Shown here: piece by piece, positions 11,624 to 25,017 of the stretch
Position numbering within the stretch: the stretch's first letter is position 1
How the letters are laid out: each line of letters opens with the position of its first letter
Source: Caerostris darwini
Taxonomy: Eukaryota
Assembly: GCA_021605075.1 (NCBI GenBank)
Contig: BPLQ01015363.1
Coordinates: 771,513-835,512, forward strand
Direction of reading: 5' to 3'
Length of the DNA: 64,000 nt
Translations under genes and position numbers: made by a program
Notes under the pieces: model-generated
Seen by the model: the letters and a program-made list of their open reading frames with translations, nothing else
Told to the model about the DNA's origin: nothing
Database searches by the model: none

Positions 11624-14600
11624 TAGCTAAAAGGAGAAACTCTATAAGCACAGAAAAAAATCGAATAGAATTATTTTCCCAAAAGGATACTCCACCACCA
11701 ATTACATGAATTACATTACAGGCACATGAAGTCAAATACCTCGGACTAATTTTAGGTAGCAAACTCTCCTCTAAAAGGCACATAAACTAAGCTAAGAAAA
11801 AATTCTGGAAACAATACACCTCAGTTTACCTCTAATTCGGAGATACTCAGAACTATCTCTTCAAATTAAAGTTATCTATCATAAAAAGTAATAAGGCCCA
11901 TTTTTATGTAGGAAACAATTATCTGGAGCCTTGCAGCACAAACAAATAGAAAGGAGACACAAATCCTACAAAATATTGGGTAGAATTTTTGAATCAGTAC
12001 CAACTCACTCTGGTTTATAGAGAACAGTTTTATTATAACGATTTCAATATGGAAGATGTTGAAAACTCAGTTGCATAATTATTCAAAAAAATTTTCAGAA
12101 GTGTCACAATCACACTAATCCATTTAAAACTTCTTCACTCACAACAATAGGAAAACACAAACACTCACACTCAACTGCAAAATGGACACTACCGCTCAAC
12201 ATTTCAACAATTAACCTACTCACTCAATTGCCACAATAATTATTCTGCATCACTCATGGGTTTCTTTCCCTACTTCAGTTCATTGTAAAATTTTTGTTTT
12301 CACTCATTTTCTATTGGTCCACTCACTGATCAACAACCTTCTGAGAATTTTTGCTTTCCAAATCACATCACTGTATTAATTCCTGATTCTTATCAATTCA
12401 CACTTACCCACCATCTTAAACTGAGCAAAAGTGTTTTGATCACTGGCGTTTGAGAGCCAGCATTCAATCTTCGCAAAAACGAATTCCTTTAAGTCCGGTT
12501 CGCGTGTATTTTTTTTCCTGCAAAAATGAGGAACTAAATATCATACTTAATTTGTTATTTTTGAGGCTTGGTGTGAATAGGGACTACTGCATTTTAGTAC
12601 TTTTTTACTTTAAAAAGAATGTTATGATACAAGTCAACGTTCTAAATTTAATGGAGGGATAGGTTGCAACTTTATAAACAAATATTATTTATAAATCATA
12701 TTTATTTCTGTTTGATGAGAAAGGAATGACATTCCTGTTGCTAAAAAAGCAATTGACGTTAATTATGGTAAAGCGAAAACAAACACTCCATTTACTCTTG
12801 GCGCCAGAAATCGCTTATTTATCATCGCGAGGGGAAAAAAATCATGATTCTATCAATTTAATTAGATAACGTGTAGTCTAAGCGATTTCATTTTGTCACT
12901 AAGAAAGTTTATTAAATCTTTTAAAGTGAATTGCTTTTGATGCGGAAGGATTCAGGAAATAGAAGATTGAATCTTTGCGTTTTACAAAAGACATATACTT
13001 TTGTAGGAATCAGGTTTATTTTTTTCTATGAACACAATTATAAATTAGATACTAATTCAAAAGAATTAAAAATAAACTCATAATTCTTGCCGTCAAAATA
13101 TTTCTGAAAATTAATTTGTTTTCTGAAATTAATTTAGCATGAAATCGAATTTCAGATAAAATTTAAAATTAATTTCAGTCCATTTTGGATTTAAAATAGG
13201 ACTATATTAGTGTTGTGCTACAGAAACATAAAAAATGTTTATGACATTAATTACCTTTTTTTAATTTTAATGATAAAAATCGAGAAAAATATGCCTTCGA
13301 TGAAATTTACGTTCTTCTAACCGTAACGATGATAAGAATTCTTTATTTTTATTAATTTAAAAACAGTTCATTATCATTCCCCAAGTTTAAAACAATTACT
13401 AAAATGTTTTTAGCCTCCCTCTAATTTTCCAGTTATCACCATTAATTAAAAGTGTATGCCTTGCTTGTTATTTGAAATAGAATCTTATAAATCCCAATAT
13501 GAAGAAACGTCATAGTCATATATGTCATATATACGCCAGAATGAACAGCTTCTTTTTATACTAACATGCAGACTTTAAAATTATAATTTCACATGAAGAT
13601 CAAAATAAAAAATTACAAGCCCATTTTTTTAAATCGTTGAGTAAAACTTTAAACATCTTACCATTTCATACTGAAATTTGAATTTCTGTATAGTTTTTAC
13701 CAAGTTTTGTTAAACTTTTTTCATCAATAATTTTTTTGTAGTGTGAAAAAATTATTTATTTGCTTTCATCTAATCATTTTATTACTCCTTTTTAATTATA
13801 ACTCTATTCTACTTTTTCTAATTTCTTTCTGAAAAATAAATCCATTATCTGTATAATTAAAATGCACGTTCAGTTAGAATTTGCATTGATAAAAAAGGCC
13901 TTTTTTTACTATAGTCAAGAATTTTTTACTGTGACATCTGATTAATTCACAATTTATAAAAAGAAGGTTCATTTATGCTTTTGTACCTCCAATGGAAAGC
14001 AATGGTAAAAAAAAAAAAAAACTCTGAAATTTTATAAAAAAATATTGATAAGTTTTCAGTGTATAATTTAAATTGAATCTAAATTCAAAATTTTTTATTT
14101 AATGTCTAGTTAGTAGAGTTAATGTATTTTTTATTTTCAAAAGAAAAACTCAAATTTTAATTCAATTCCTTATTTTTATTTCTAAAAAATAAATTATTCT
14201 ATTTTTTTAAAAATTTATTCTGTCAAGTAAATAAATTTTTGCCTAGGGATATAAAATTTCATTAGTTTTTAAATCAAGGGTAATTTATGAGAACACATAA
14301 TAACACAGTAGCACATGCATATATGTTAACACAGTAACCCCTTGTTATATAACATATTCGAATATTTCGCTTCCTTTTTTTTTCCCCTTCAAAAAAAATC
14401 TAAAAAATGTTACACAATCCTGATAAAATCATTGGTTATATTGCAATTTTTCTTTCTTTATGTAATAATAATAGAAAAAAAATTCTCTTAAAATTAAGAA
14501 TCATAAAGAAAGAGCTCAACCTTTATTTAAAATATCTTTTATCATATTGTATATATTTTCTTTTATACAAATTAATAGAATAAGTCATTAATATAAAGTC

Positions 14601-17600
14601 AAAAGAAAACATGCATTTATTATAATTAATGATTAATTTTTAACATGCAAAAATTATAATTTTGAATGAAAGAGAGAGAAATTTAAATTTGGTATACTTT
14701 CGTTTCAAATGAAAAAACAATGTTACGAGATAAAACCTATAACATGAAAAGGTTAAGAAATGTGTTATCAATACAATTTTAATAATAAATATTGTAATTT
14801 TTATCTTATAGGTGTTTTTATTTTATTGAAAACGTTTACATTTATTGGAATTAAAGTTTAAACTAAAGTACTTAGATTAAAGTAAAATATTTATCTGTTA
14901 ATGTCAAAATACAAAATTAAAATAGAAAAAAATATATAAATATGATAAGGCATTGCAATTGATATCGTAAAAGCATAACAAAATATTTAAACGGAAATCA
15001 TATATGATAAGGCGTGACTTTAAATTGCAGAGTTCCGAGAAAGATATTGGTAAGTTATGTAAAAATAAGGAAAATGAACACTTTGAATGTCACAATTCAT
15101 TAAGAAAACAAACAAGAATCCTGTAGAAGGCCACACATTCTTTGCTGCAATGTAAAAAAAAATATCCGAGTCGAGTGAAAGAAAATAAATAAAAGCCGTT
15201 ACCCGGAAAGAGTATACTACAGGTTAAAATTATCTACTGTTAGACAAGATACAATCTACCCCATTCTACGAGTGAGAATAAGTTATGAAGATGAACATAA
15301 ACCTCAGCTATCTACTCCTGACATTGCTAACTTTCTATCTTAGATTTGTGTTAGCCATAAGATGTTTTTCAAATCCATCTTCTGTCCCAATACCATAACT
15401 AATAAGCGTCTTAACGGAGCCGAGTTCTGTGTCATTCAGGATTTTGTCGCGTCTTTATTTTGAATTTCTCTCTCATTCAATTGGCTAGTAAGGAACCAAT
15501 AGGTCATTTGAGCAGACGGATGAGCTAACAGCACAACGGGCGCCACCATTGGCATATTCTTTCACGGAAACGCAAGACGATGTGTACCAGCAACCCATAG
15601 TGCAGATTTATCGCACATATCTGACACATTTGTCTCCACATTATCTGCTTTGATGAAGGTTAAATCGTGTTGATGAAGAGGTTTCAAAATGGGCTGGACT
15701 CTGGTTCGTATTACGCCTCGCGTCATGACAACTTTTTTTTTTCTTTTCACTTTTTTCTCCATTTTTTTTCCTTTGATTTTTATGAAAATGAAAATTGTAC
15801 TGAGAATTATAAAATTATTTTGTCGTAAAAGACAGAAGAAATATTTATGCGATAAATTACGAAATTTTCTTTAATATTTAATAGAATTACAAAGTATTTG
15901 TAAACTAATATTAAGTATAATATATTCCACTATTCTTGAATTGTGGAGGGGGGAAAACATCATCAATTATTACACTATGAGCAATACACTCATTAATTTT
16001 GTAGGCAGAATTTTCTCATGTAGGATTATTTATATTCTGTACTTTAATGAAAATTCTCATAGGAACCAACCCTAGTATTTCAAAGAAATTTTTCCCTGTT
16101 GTGTAAAGCATTATAAATAATTAATTTTATTATTAATATTATAAAAATATAGAAATGGATATTTTATAATTCATAAAATAATATAATTTTAGGTTAAAAC
16201 ATTAACAATTAGTTCAAATGTTTTAATAAAAAAATTTTGAAAAAAAATCTAAGAATTAAGATTTTTTTCCTTACATAAAATCTTTTTAATCTCTAACAAG
16301 AGATTAAAAATATTTTGATTTGATTATAAATTGATATAAAATAATATGATTTTAAATATATTTTTATGAATAATGGAGGAATGTGAAAAAGAAAAAAAAA
16401 CGATAAAGTACCATTAACTAGTGTGCAATATAGTTAATTAAAAAATTGTACTATCACAAGAAAATTGGATGTATGATTCTTATTATATGGCCACAAAGAT
16501 TGGCTGGATATTTAAAAAAAAACAATATTAATTAAGCTATACATTAGTTAAGATGCATATTATATGGATCTTGCTTAATTTTTAATATAAATAACGTTGT
16601 ATTATTACTTAAGATGTTGAAGGAAAATTTTAAAATTGCAAGTAATTTCACTTAAAGTTGAGAGCAAGCAATTCTCAAAAAGTAATAAAATTCCGTATAA
16701 AATGTTTTTTGCTGTCTTACGAATTTTGTTATGAATTTGTCAAATTTTATTAAATCTTATATGAAGTTAACAAAAAAGATCTACATTTACAAATATTTAT
16801 AACAAATATTATAATTTAAGAAAGAAATTAATTATTTTAATAACAAATGTTATTTGTTTAAAATAATAAAGAGAAAATTAGAAAACAAAATTCTTCATTT
16901 AAAAAAATGTATAAAGTAAAATTCAAATATTAGATTAATAAAATTACTTTCCATTCTAAAAAATTGAAGGATCCGGAATTTGGAAGTTATTTATCAATAA
17001 TTTTCTTGAAAGTTAAAAATAAATAAATAAATAATTTCATATTAAAATCTAATGATGGAGTTTCAAGCAAATTAAAAAAAATTTCAAAAGCAGGAATTTG
17101 TTTAATAATTTATTGTAAGATTGTTAAGTGTCAATTTAAAGTAAAGCATCATGAAATTTATGGCAAACTTTTCTCGTCTTGTTTATTTATTTTGAAGTTA
17201 CTTTTTACAAAATAATACATCTGATATACTAACTTGACTTATTTGATAGAGAAAAATATCTTCAGCAATTTCCCTAAATTTTAAAACATCTTTTTCAAAT
17301 CTTAATGTTTTCACATATATAAATTGAATAATAAAAATGTAAATATATTAAAAATGCTTTAAAATAGTTTTTTAAAATCAGATATTAATATGTGGATATA
17401 GAATACAGTTATTAAAAAAAAAATCTTTTTTTGAAAGCAAGGTTTTAAATAAACATATTGCTATTTACTTAAAATAGAAAATATGAAAAAGAAATTAATT
17501 TTTTTATCAGGAATTAAGTACTTTCTTACTTAGACTTTATCTGTATATTATTTTTTGTAGGTATACAGAAAAAGGAACAGGTATATTTAAATAAATTTTC

Positions 17601-20600
17601 TATAAAATTTCGATGACTAAAAATTACTAGTTATAATAAAAATAAAATGTAAAGTTATTTCTAGAAAAGTAAAGTAGAGATTTCAATCCTTTAAAATAAT
17701 TTTTAGTTTAATAGGAAACATGATTCCACATTTTCTAACATAATTTTTAATAATTGCTGTAATTATTGTTGCAAAAACTCTTGGTTTAATATTTTTTAGC
17801 TTCCTAGAAATTTGTTTCAAGTACTGAAATTAAATTTCTCAATATAGCTAAGTATTACTTATAACATTCTTTGTATTTTTTAAATAAAATCTTAACATGT
17901 AAAAAAATTCTACCTACTTAAAGTATTCTATTGTTTAAAAATTCATAATAATTTTATGTTTTACTGTTAACTCTATATTTTAATTTTTTCGTGGGCATGT
18001 TTAACATATTTATAAAACGTTAGCTTACAATCATTAGCTTGATTTTCATAAATTTTCAGTTTTATTATACAGAAAATCAATTTCTCTCTTATTATTAATA
18101 ATATAAAAATATTAATATTTTCGATTTCTGAGAACTAATTAAAATTTGAGAATTGTTTTTGTAAATAGAAAGCAAGTTAAAGAATTTTCTGTTAGCCATA
18201 AAGAAAATCTCACAACTCTTTATCAACTCAATTATTAACTCAATTATCTGTTGTCCGATCACAAAATTCTAAAGTCAAAATTTTCCATACTTTAACAAAT
18301 ATTATAAATAATTAAGTGATAATAACTCAGTTAAAAAATTTACTAAAATGATATTGTTAATAATACATGATTTATCAGTATGGAAATCCTTTAAAAAATT
18401 TGGATGAATGTTACTGTAATTTTTGGTTGAATCGATTTAATTTTCAAAAAAGAAAAGTATGGTGGGAAATAGCAAAAATTATTTTGTCCTTCACAAATAA
18501 AAGTAATTAATAATATTGCTAATTTCGATGAATCAAATTCTTTCCCAAGAATAAAAGTTAAAAAGCATACGTACAAGAAACTACTTAATTTTAACTCTTA
18601 TAAATAAGTGTAAAATGAATTTACAAACTTTTTTATTGTAAAGAAACAAAATGTATTATAAGTATGAATACACTAGGATTTCAAATGAATCTCAAAAAAA
18701 GTTTTGTAATTCTATTTATTCAAAGGTTCCCTCTCTCTTCATCTACAGTTTTAATTAGGCTTTTCTTTTATATTAATAATGTGTTCATTGATAAAATTTG
18801 GTTTATTCATAGAAACTCAATTAAAAATTTTAATTAATTTATCATGGTTTTCAATGTTTTGGGGGCTTTTGTCTGAATTACTTAAATTAGTAACAAATTT
18901 AATATTGAGATGCTATTTAAAATTTTATCTCTTCTTATTTCTATAATTCAATAGTGGATATCTTCTTTGATTTCCGCTGTTATAGATGTTAACATGCCAT
19001 AAATGAATATGAAAAAAGAAATAATATATGTAGAATGTTTATATTTTAATAAATATAACATTTATTTGCTTTGTTGGATTTCATTGAATTTTATATGATT
19101 ATTAAATCATAATATTAATAATTTCCTCTTAGGTTAAGTTTTCTTGAGGATGACTTACTAGGATGATTTTTCCAACTTTGTATTTTTTTCATCAATGTAG
19201 GAAAAATTATTAAATTTTTTGTTACTATTATTGTTATTTAGTTGTATCACAAAGGGGTACAAAATTTATCTGATTTTCTTTGATTTAAATCATAATGAAA
19301 AAAGCATCAGGTCTATTGTACTATGACCCTATTCCTATTTTTCTTACATCAGATAAAGCTATGCATAATTTAATTATATTTAAAGTTTGTATTAAAGAAA
19401 AAAACTCAGCATCTGGTAGAAGTGCCAAAAATAGAACAAAAACCCCAAATTGTATTATATTCCAATAACATAAAATGAAAATTACAAAGATATATCTTAT
19501 TGAAAAGGCAACAAACTGATTAATTAAATAGTACAATCAATGAAGAAATAATAATTGCATGAACGTTATGGTAACTATCATATAAATTATTTTTCCTTTT
19601 ATCAAAGTAAAGAAATGAAGGTCTTTATCTTTTGAAAACGAATCGTCAGAAATTATTGCTACATATACTTGTAATTTATCAGATAAGAGTTGATAATTTC
19701 GATACACTTTTTGTATACGTAAGATAAATGCAGAACAAAATTGTTTTTGCATATTACAATGAAAATAAATGCATTCTTAAAAATATCAATATATTAAGAT
19801 AATATTAACATTATATGCTGTTATAAATTATACCTTCAACATCGAAATCAGAAATTCATATTTTAAAATTTTAGGTGAAATTTGACAGTGTAGAAACACA
19901 CTGTATTTTGATTATAATTTACTGCAATGGTTTCAAAAGATTGATTATTTTAACATTCATGGAAGCAATTATTTTAAAAATATATATATTTCAATGTTTT
20001 TAAGAAAACAAAGTTCTAAAATCATTATGTTAAATATTTAATTGTGAATGCCTGTTTAAATAAAATGTGCAAATACTTTTAAAACAATTATTCTGTGGAA
20101 CTTTTCACCGAATAACGACAATGGCAGTATTTAATACATTTTAAATGTGTTATTTTATTGAACTTCCGTATCAATTATCTTTTAATTGGATGGAAAATAG
20201 GAATTTTCAGTGGTACAAAAGATGTATCAAATTTGATGTATAGATATAATTAATCAACAAAGCATTTTCTGAAGAATGATGCTTTATATGAAAATTAGTT
20301 ATATTTTCTAGATATATATTTTCAGGTAATGCATTTTAATAGTCTTCATAATTAGAATTTGATTTCATCGATTTGTTTCGTGTGTGAAAAAAATTTATCA
20401 TTTCATAAAATATTGGAAATAAATTTTTTCTGAATAAAAATCTGGGATTGATATTTAAACTCTGATGTGTAAAATGCGTGGCTAAATCACTAAGGGAACT
20501 AGACCCTTGAAGTGTCTAAATGAGGACACAATTCGTTGATAAATATTACATTTGTATATTGTTTTCATCATTTCGCCTAATCGATGTTCTAAGCTACTAA

Positions 20601-23600
20601 ATAAACTTTCCAGTTGTGTTAATACCAGTAATAATTTTATTTATAAAAATATGCAATATTTTAAGAAAAAATAATTTTATAAATAAGAAATCGAATAAAA
20701 TCGATGGGTTAAAATTCATTCATTACTTAAAATACTTCATAATTCATTTATGTTTAATAAATATGAAATTCTGCACTTTAGCCATAATATAATACATTTA
20801 TTAAAGAAATTTTATTATTTCTAATTTGTAGGAAACAGCATATCACAACCATTATACCAACTAAACAGACCAAGCAAAAATTCAAATTAATTTATGGAAA
20901 TATTGTATTTGAGAAATGTAGGACAAAATTTTGATTATTTGATAATGATAATTACTTTGATCAAACAAATTTAGAAAGGACAAATTATGCATTATTATTT
21001 AATTCACAGATGCAATTAATCAATTATACAGAAATTTAACAGTAACTAATAACAAGTATTTAATTTCTTACTACAGAAATAATGAAGTTTTAATGCCATC
21101 TGTCATTAACCTGTAGAATAACCTGTTTTCATGAGTTGGTTTTTCGTCTGATGTATAATCAGAAAGTTCTTTCTAAATTATCAATATTTAATTCTGATTT
21201 ATGATGTGAAAGTAGCAGTGTAAAAAAAAAAAAAAAAAAAAAATACGACAGCATAAATACGTTGTTATAGAAGGAATTTTTTTTAAGAAACAAAACGTTC
21301 TCTCGTATTATTTTTTTGTTAATTTTTCATTTATTTGGGGTTATTTAATTTTTTTTATAGGAAATATGCATGGCCCCTTTTTTCTCAAATATTCCCGACA
21401 GCATTGGAAGTCACGCTCCACAATTTGTGAACCACTTTGCTAATGTGTGATGCTCTATTTGTTCAAGATAATAGCATTTCTTCTGAAATACGAACTTACA
21501 GAAAATAAAAATTTCTAAAAGTAAAGAAGAAAGTTACCTTTTGAAAAATTACTGTTATTTTTAGAGAAAAACGTTTTTTAATTAAATAAGGATAAAATTG
21601 AATGTTAGATGCATTGTATTGCATGAAGTTCTTATCAAAATATATATCAAGTCGTCAACTTTGATACACATTTCAAATATCTTATAAATTAAAATCATTC
21701 TGAATTTAAAAGTGTCTGATTATACATTTTTCTAAAAAGAAACTTCGGCATTACTACGAAAGTCAACAGAAACTTCATGAATCCGTTGATTTAAAAAAGT
21801 ATTTAATTTCGAATAGTTTCGATAAAAAAAATTTCAAAATATTATCGAAATTGAAATAATAAATTAATAAATTTAATAAATATTATTTTTATTTAATTTT
21901 TATCAATTAATTGTATTAATTAATTTACTCGAATTAATTAGTTTAGTTTATTATTATTAATAAAATAATTAATTAATTAAATAAGTTAAAATAATTAATT
22001 CGAGTTATAAATTGAGCTGCATTCAAATAGAAATTATATATTTTCAGATATTTATATCATTGAGATATTTTGAACATCAAATTGATGAAAATTTGATTTT
22101 TTATTCCTATGTTTTAATTTCTTCTTCACTTTCTAAATATATTCACCCTTTTCCATGCACAATACTTAATTTTGGTACTTACCTAAACACCCCATGTTAT
22201 TTGTTTTGCGATATTGTTTTAATATTTTTAGTAAAGCCTATTGTTTGTCTATAGTATTTTTTTTAAGCTGAAAAAAATCTATTCTACAAATTTAATGTTG
22301 CGATTTTTTAATTAAAGAAGAAATATTAACAGAAAATTCATTAAAAAATTCTGGTTGAAAAGGCATTTTTATAAAATTTAGATTGCATTGTCCTTCATTT
22401 AATGTGAACAATTGAAAACGCGATTTACTTTAATGTTTTTAGTCATGTCTTATTGTTAGAACATTAAAAATTTCAGTAACTGAAAATTTAATTTAATAGG
22501 AATTCACACCAACTTCCATTGATATCTAATAAATAACAATATTTTTTAGAATTAGATTCGTATTTTTCCGAATATTTTAATATGCAATCAAGAGAATCTT
22601 ATCAAGTTAAAAAATCATTTATTAACAAAAAAGTTAGCTTTTAGATATTTTTAGAGAACTCCTATCTGAAAAAAAAAATTTGAATTAAGTTCCACTAATT
22701 TATTTTATCTTCATAAATAAAAAAATTACTTATATAAGTGCTAAATCAGTTTACCTTACTTTATACTAGGATTTACCTCATTAAAAGTAATGGGTTTTAA
22801 TATGTAAAACTATTTTTTATTACTGTTATATTTTCCAATATAAATTTTAAAAGTTTTTAAAAATTAAAAAGATTATTATTTTAAAAATTTTAAAATCATA
22901 ATTTTTTTCTCTTGAAAGGTATAGAAAACATGGTTCATAATCATATTGGCACTGTTGTTAATTGAACAAGTAATGGTTGTTTTAAGTAATCACATTTTGA
23001 ATTTTCTATAATCAAGCTTCATATCATTTTAAGTAATAAGAAAAATTAGAGGAGAATTTGGTAAGTAAATTGTAATTCTTAAAATCCGAAGAAAATATTA
23101 ATCTAATAAATATTCCAAATGTAATAAATTAATTGTAAATTCCATGAAAATATGGTTTGAAAAGTAAAAGCCTATTAAATGCTTATTGAAATTACTTTAA
23201 AAAAAGATTAATTTAATGAAAGCTTTGTTGAACAGATGGAAATTTCGTAATATGTAAAGGGTACCTATGTATAGAAAGCGATGTATTTAATTTATATATT
23301 ATGCTTCTGAAGTTTAAAACAACAAATATTTGAAGTTAAAAGGAGATGACGTTGATTTAAAAAAATAGTTCTGAGCATTTTTTGAAGTATTCTGGAACTC
23401 ATAAATCTCGAACTACTCATGATTTTCATATACTTGTTATATTTAAACTCTTATTCACAATAATTCTTCAGTATTTCCTACTTATACCATTTAATTAACG
23501 GATCAGTTATTTTTTGTTTTAGTTATAAGTTATAACAGGAGAAATACATTTTCTATTTCTAGGAAGGAACACATTTTATATCCTTTTTGATCAGTTAACC

Positions 23601-23806
23601 GTAAATGTTATTAGTTCTCAAGGTCTATTAGTATTTTATTTATTTATATATTTTTAAATTTCAGATAATCAAAAGGTATTCTAGGAAAACCTTAATATAA
23701 TAAACTATACAAATGATTTCTTTGCTTCCTCAATTTTAAAAATGAATTTGTGTTTGCTATTGCAGAAAATAAGAATACAAATCAATCAAAATTTACTCTT
23801 AATATA

Positions 23807-25017
23807 CACTGAAGTGACAAAAGTCATGAGATAGCAATATGCAAATTTTCAGATGGCAGTAGCATCGCGTAGAACAGGTATAAATGCGCAGTGCTTTCGC
23901 AGAGCTTTCATTTCTGTTCAAGTTATTCATGTGAAGAGGTTTTGACGTGATGATGACCGCACGACGGAAATTAACAGACTTTGAACGCGGAATGTTAGTT
24001 GGAGCTAGACGCATGGGACATGCCATTTCGGAAATCGTTAGGGAATTCAACATTTCCAGATCCACTGTGTCAAGAGTGTGCCGAGAGTATGAAATTTCAG
24101 GCATAACATCCCACCATGGACAGCGCAGTGGTCGACCGCCTGCACTTAACGACCGAGACGTCTGCGAAGACTCGTAAATTCTAACAGACAAGCAACACTG
24201 CGTCAAATAACCGCAGAAATCAATGTGGAACGTACAAGGGACTTGTCTGTTAGAACTGTGCGGAGAAATTTGGCTTTCTTGGGCTATTCCAGCAGAAGAC
24301 CGACTCGAGTGCCTTTACTGACAGAACGACATCGCTTGCAGCGACTCTCGTGGGCACGTGAGCATATCGGTTGGTCCCTAGATGAATGGAAAACCGTGGC
24401 CTGGTCCGATGAGTCACGATTTCAGTTGGTAAGAGCTGATGGTAGGGTTCGAGTGTGGCGCAGACCCCACGAAGCCATGGACCCAAACTGTCAGCAAGGC
24501 ACTGTTCAAGCTGGTGGTGGCTCCGTAATGGTGTGGGCTGATTTTTCATGGCATGGACTTGGTCCTCTGGGGCGACTGGACCGAACATTGACTGGAAATG
24601 CTTATGTTCAGCTACTTGGAGATCACTTGCAGCCATTCATGGAATTCATGTACCCAAACAACGATGGGATTTTTATGGATGACAATGCGCCATGTCACCG
24701 GGCCACAACTGTTCGCGATTGGTTTGAAGAACATTCTGGACAATTCCAACGAATGATCTGGCCACCTAGATCGCCCGATATGAATCCCATCGAGCATTTA
24801 TGGGACATCATCGAGAGGTCTGTTCATGCCCAAAATCCTGCACCATAAACGCTTTCACAATTATGGACGTCTATCGAGACAGCATGGCTCAATATTCCTG
24901 TAGAAGACTTCCAACGACTTGTTGAGTCCATGCCACGTCGAGTTGCTGCCCTTCGCCGGGCGAAAGGAGGGCCGACACGATATTAAGAGGTATCCCATGA
25001 CTTTTGTCACTTCAGTG
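23807..25017 (+). mobile_element. Tc1-like (Tc1/mariner superfamily) DNA transposon, nearly full length, flanked by TA
   Basis: There are perfect terminal inverted repeats of about 24-27 bp: cactgaagtgacaaaagtcatg at 23807 and catgacttttgtcacttcagtg ending at 25017. TA dinucleotides sit on both flanks (23805-06 and 25018-19). The internal region encodes a DD34E transposase. Confidence 0.9.
23950..24986 (+). pseudogene. Tc1-family DD34E transposase, inactivated by one frameshift (about 24150-24165) and one in-frame TAA (24846-24848)
   Basis: Segment 1 reads MMTARRKLTDFERGMLVGARRMGHAISEIVREFNISRSTVSRVCREYEISG...RSGRPPALNDRD, which is a paired-like HTH. After the frame change, the sequence continues RRLVNSNRQATLRQITAEINVERTRDLSVRTVRRNLAFLGYSSRRPTRVPLLTERHRLQRLSWAREH...WSDESRF...VMVWADFSWHGLGPL...MDDNAPCHRA...WPPRSPDMNPIEHLWD.... 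After the in-frame TAA, the same frame continues TLSQLWTSIETAWLNIPVEDFQRLVESMPRRVAALRRAKGGPTRY*. Conserved catalytic D (WSDESRF), D (DDNAPCH) and E (NPIEHLW) motifs are all present. Confidence 0.85.

Noticed and set aside
15050-15762. Moderately GC-rich tract with ORF 15562..15762 (-) of 66 aa, and a possible exon
   Set aside because: Translations in all frames are short and motif-free, and there are no convincing paired splice sites. It is more likely a decayed transposable-element fragment. I could not classify it.
21395-21500. Faint resemblance of the minus-strand translation to a mariner N-terminus (…VERDFQ…)
   Set aside because: The match covers too few residues and cannot be aligned convincingly. 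There are no flanking inverted repeats.
24250-24797. Minus-strand ORFs 24250..24636 (128 aa) and 24612..24797 (61 aa), and ORF 23799..24206 (-)
   Set aside because: They are antisense to the Tc1 transposase. They are open by chance within GC-richer transposase sequence, and they have no motifs.
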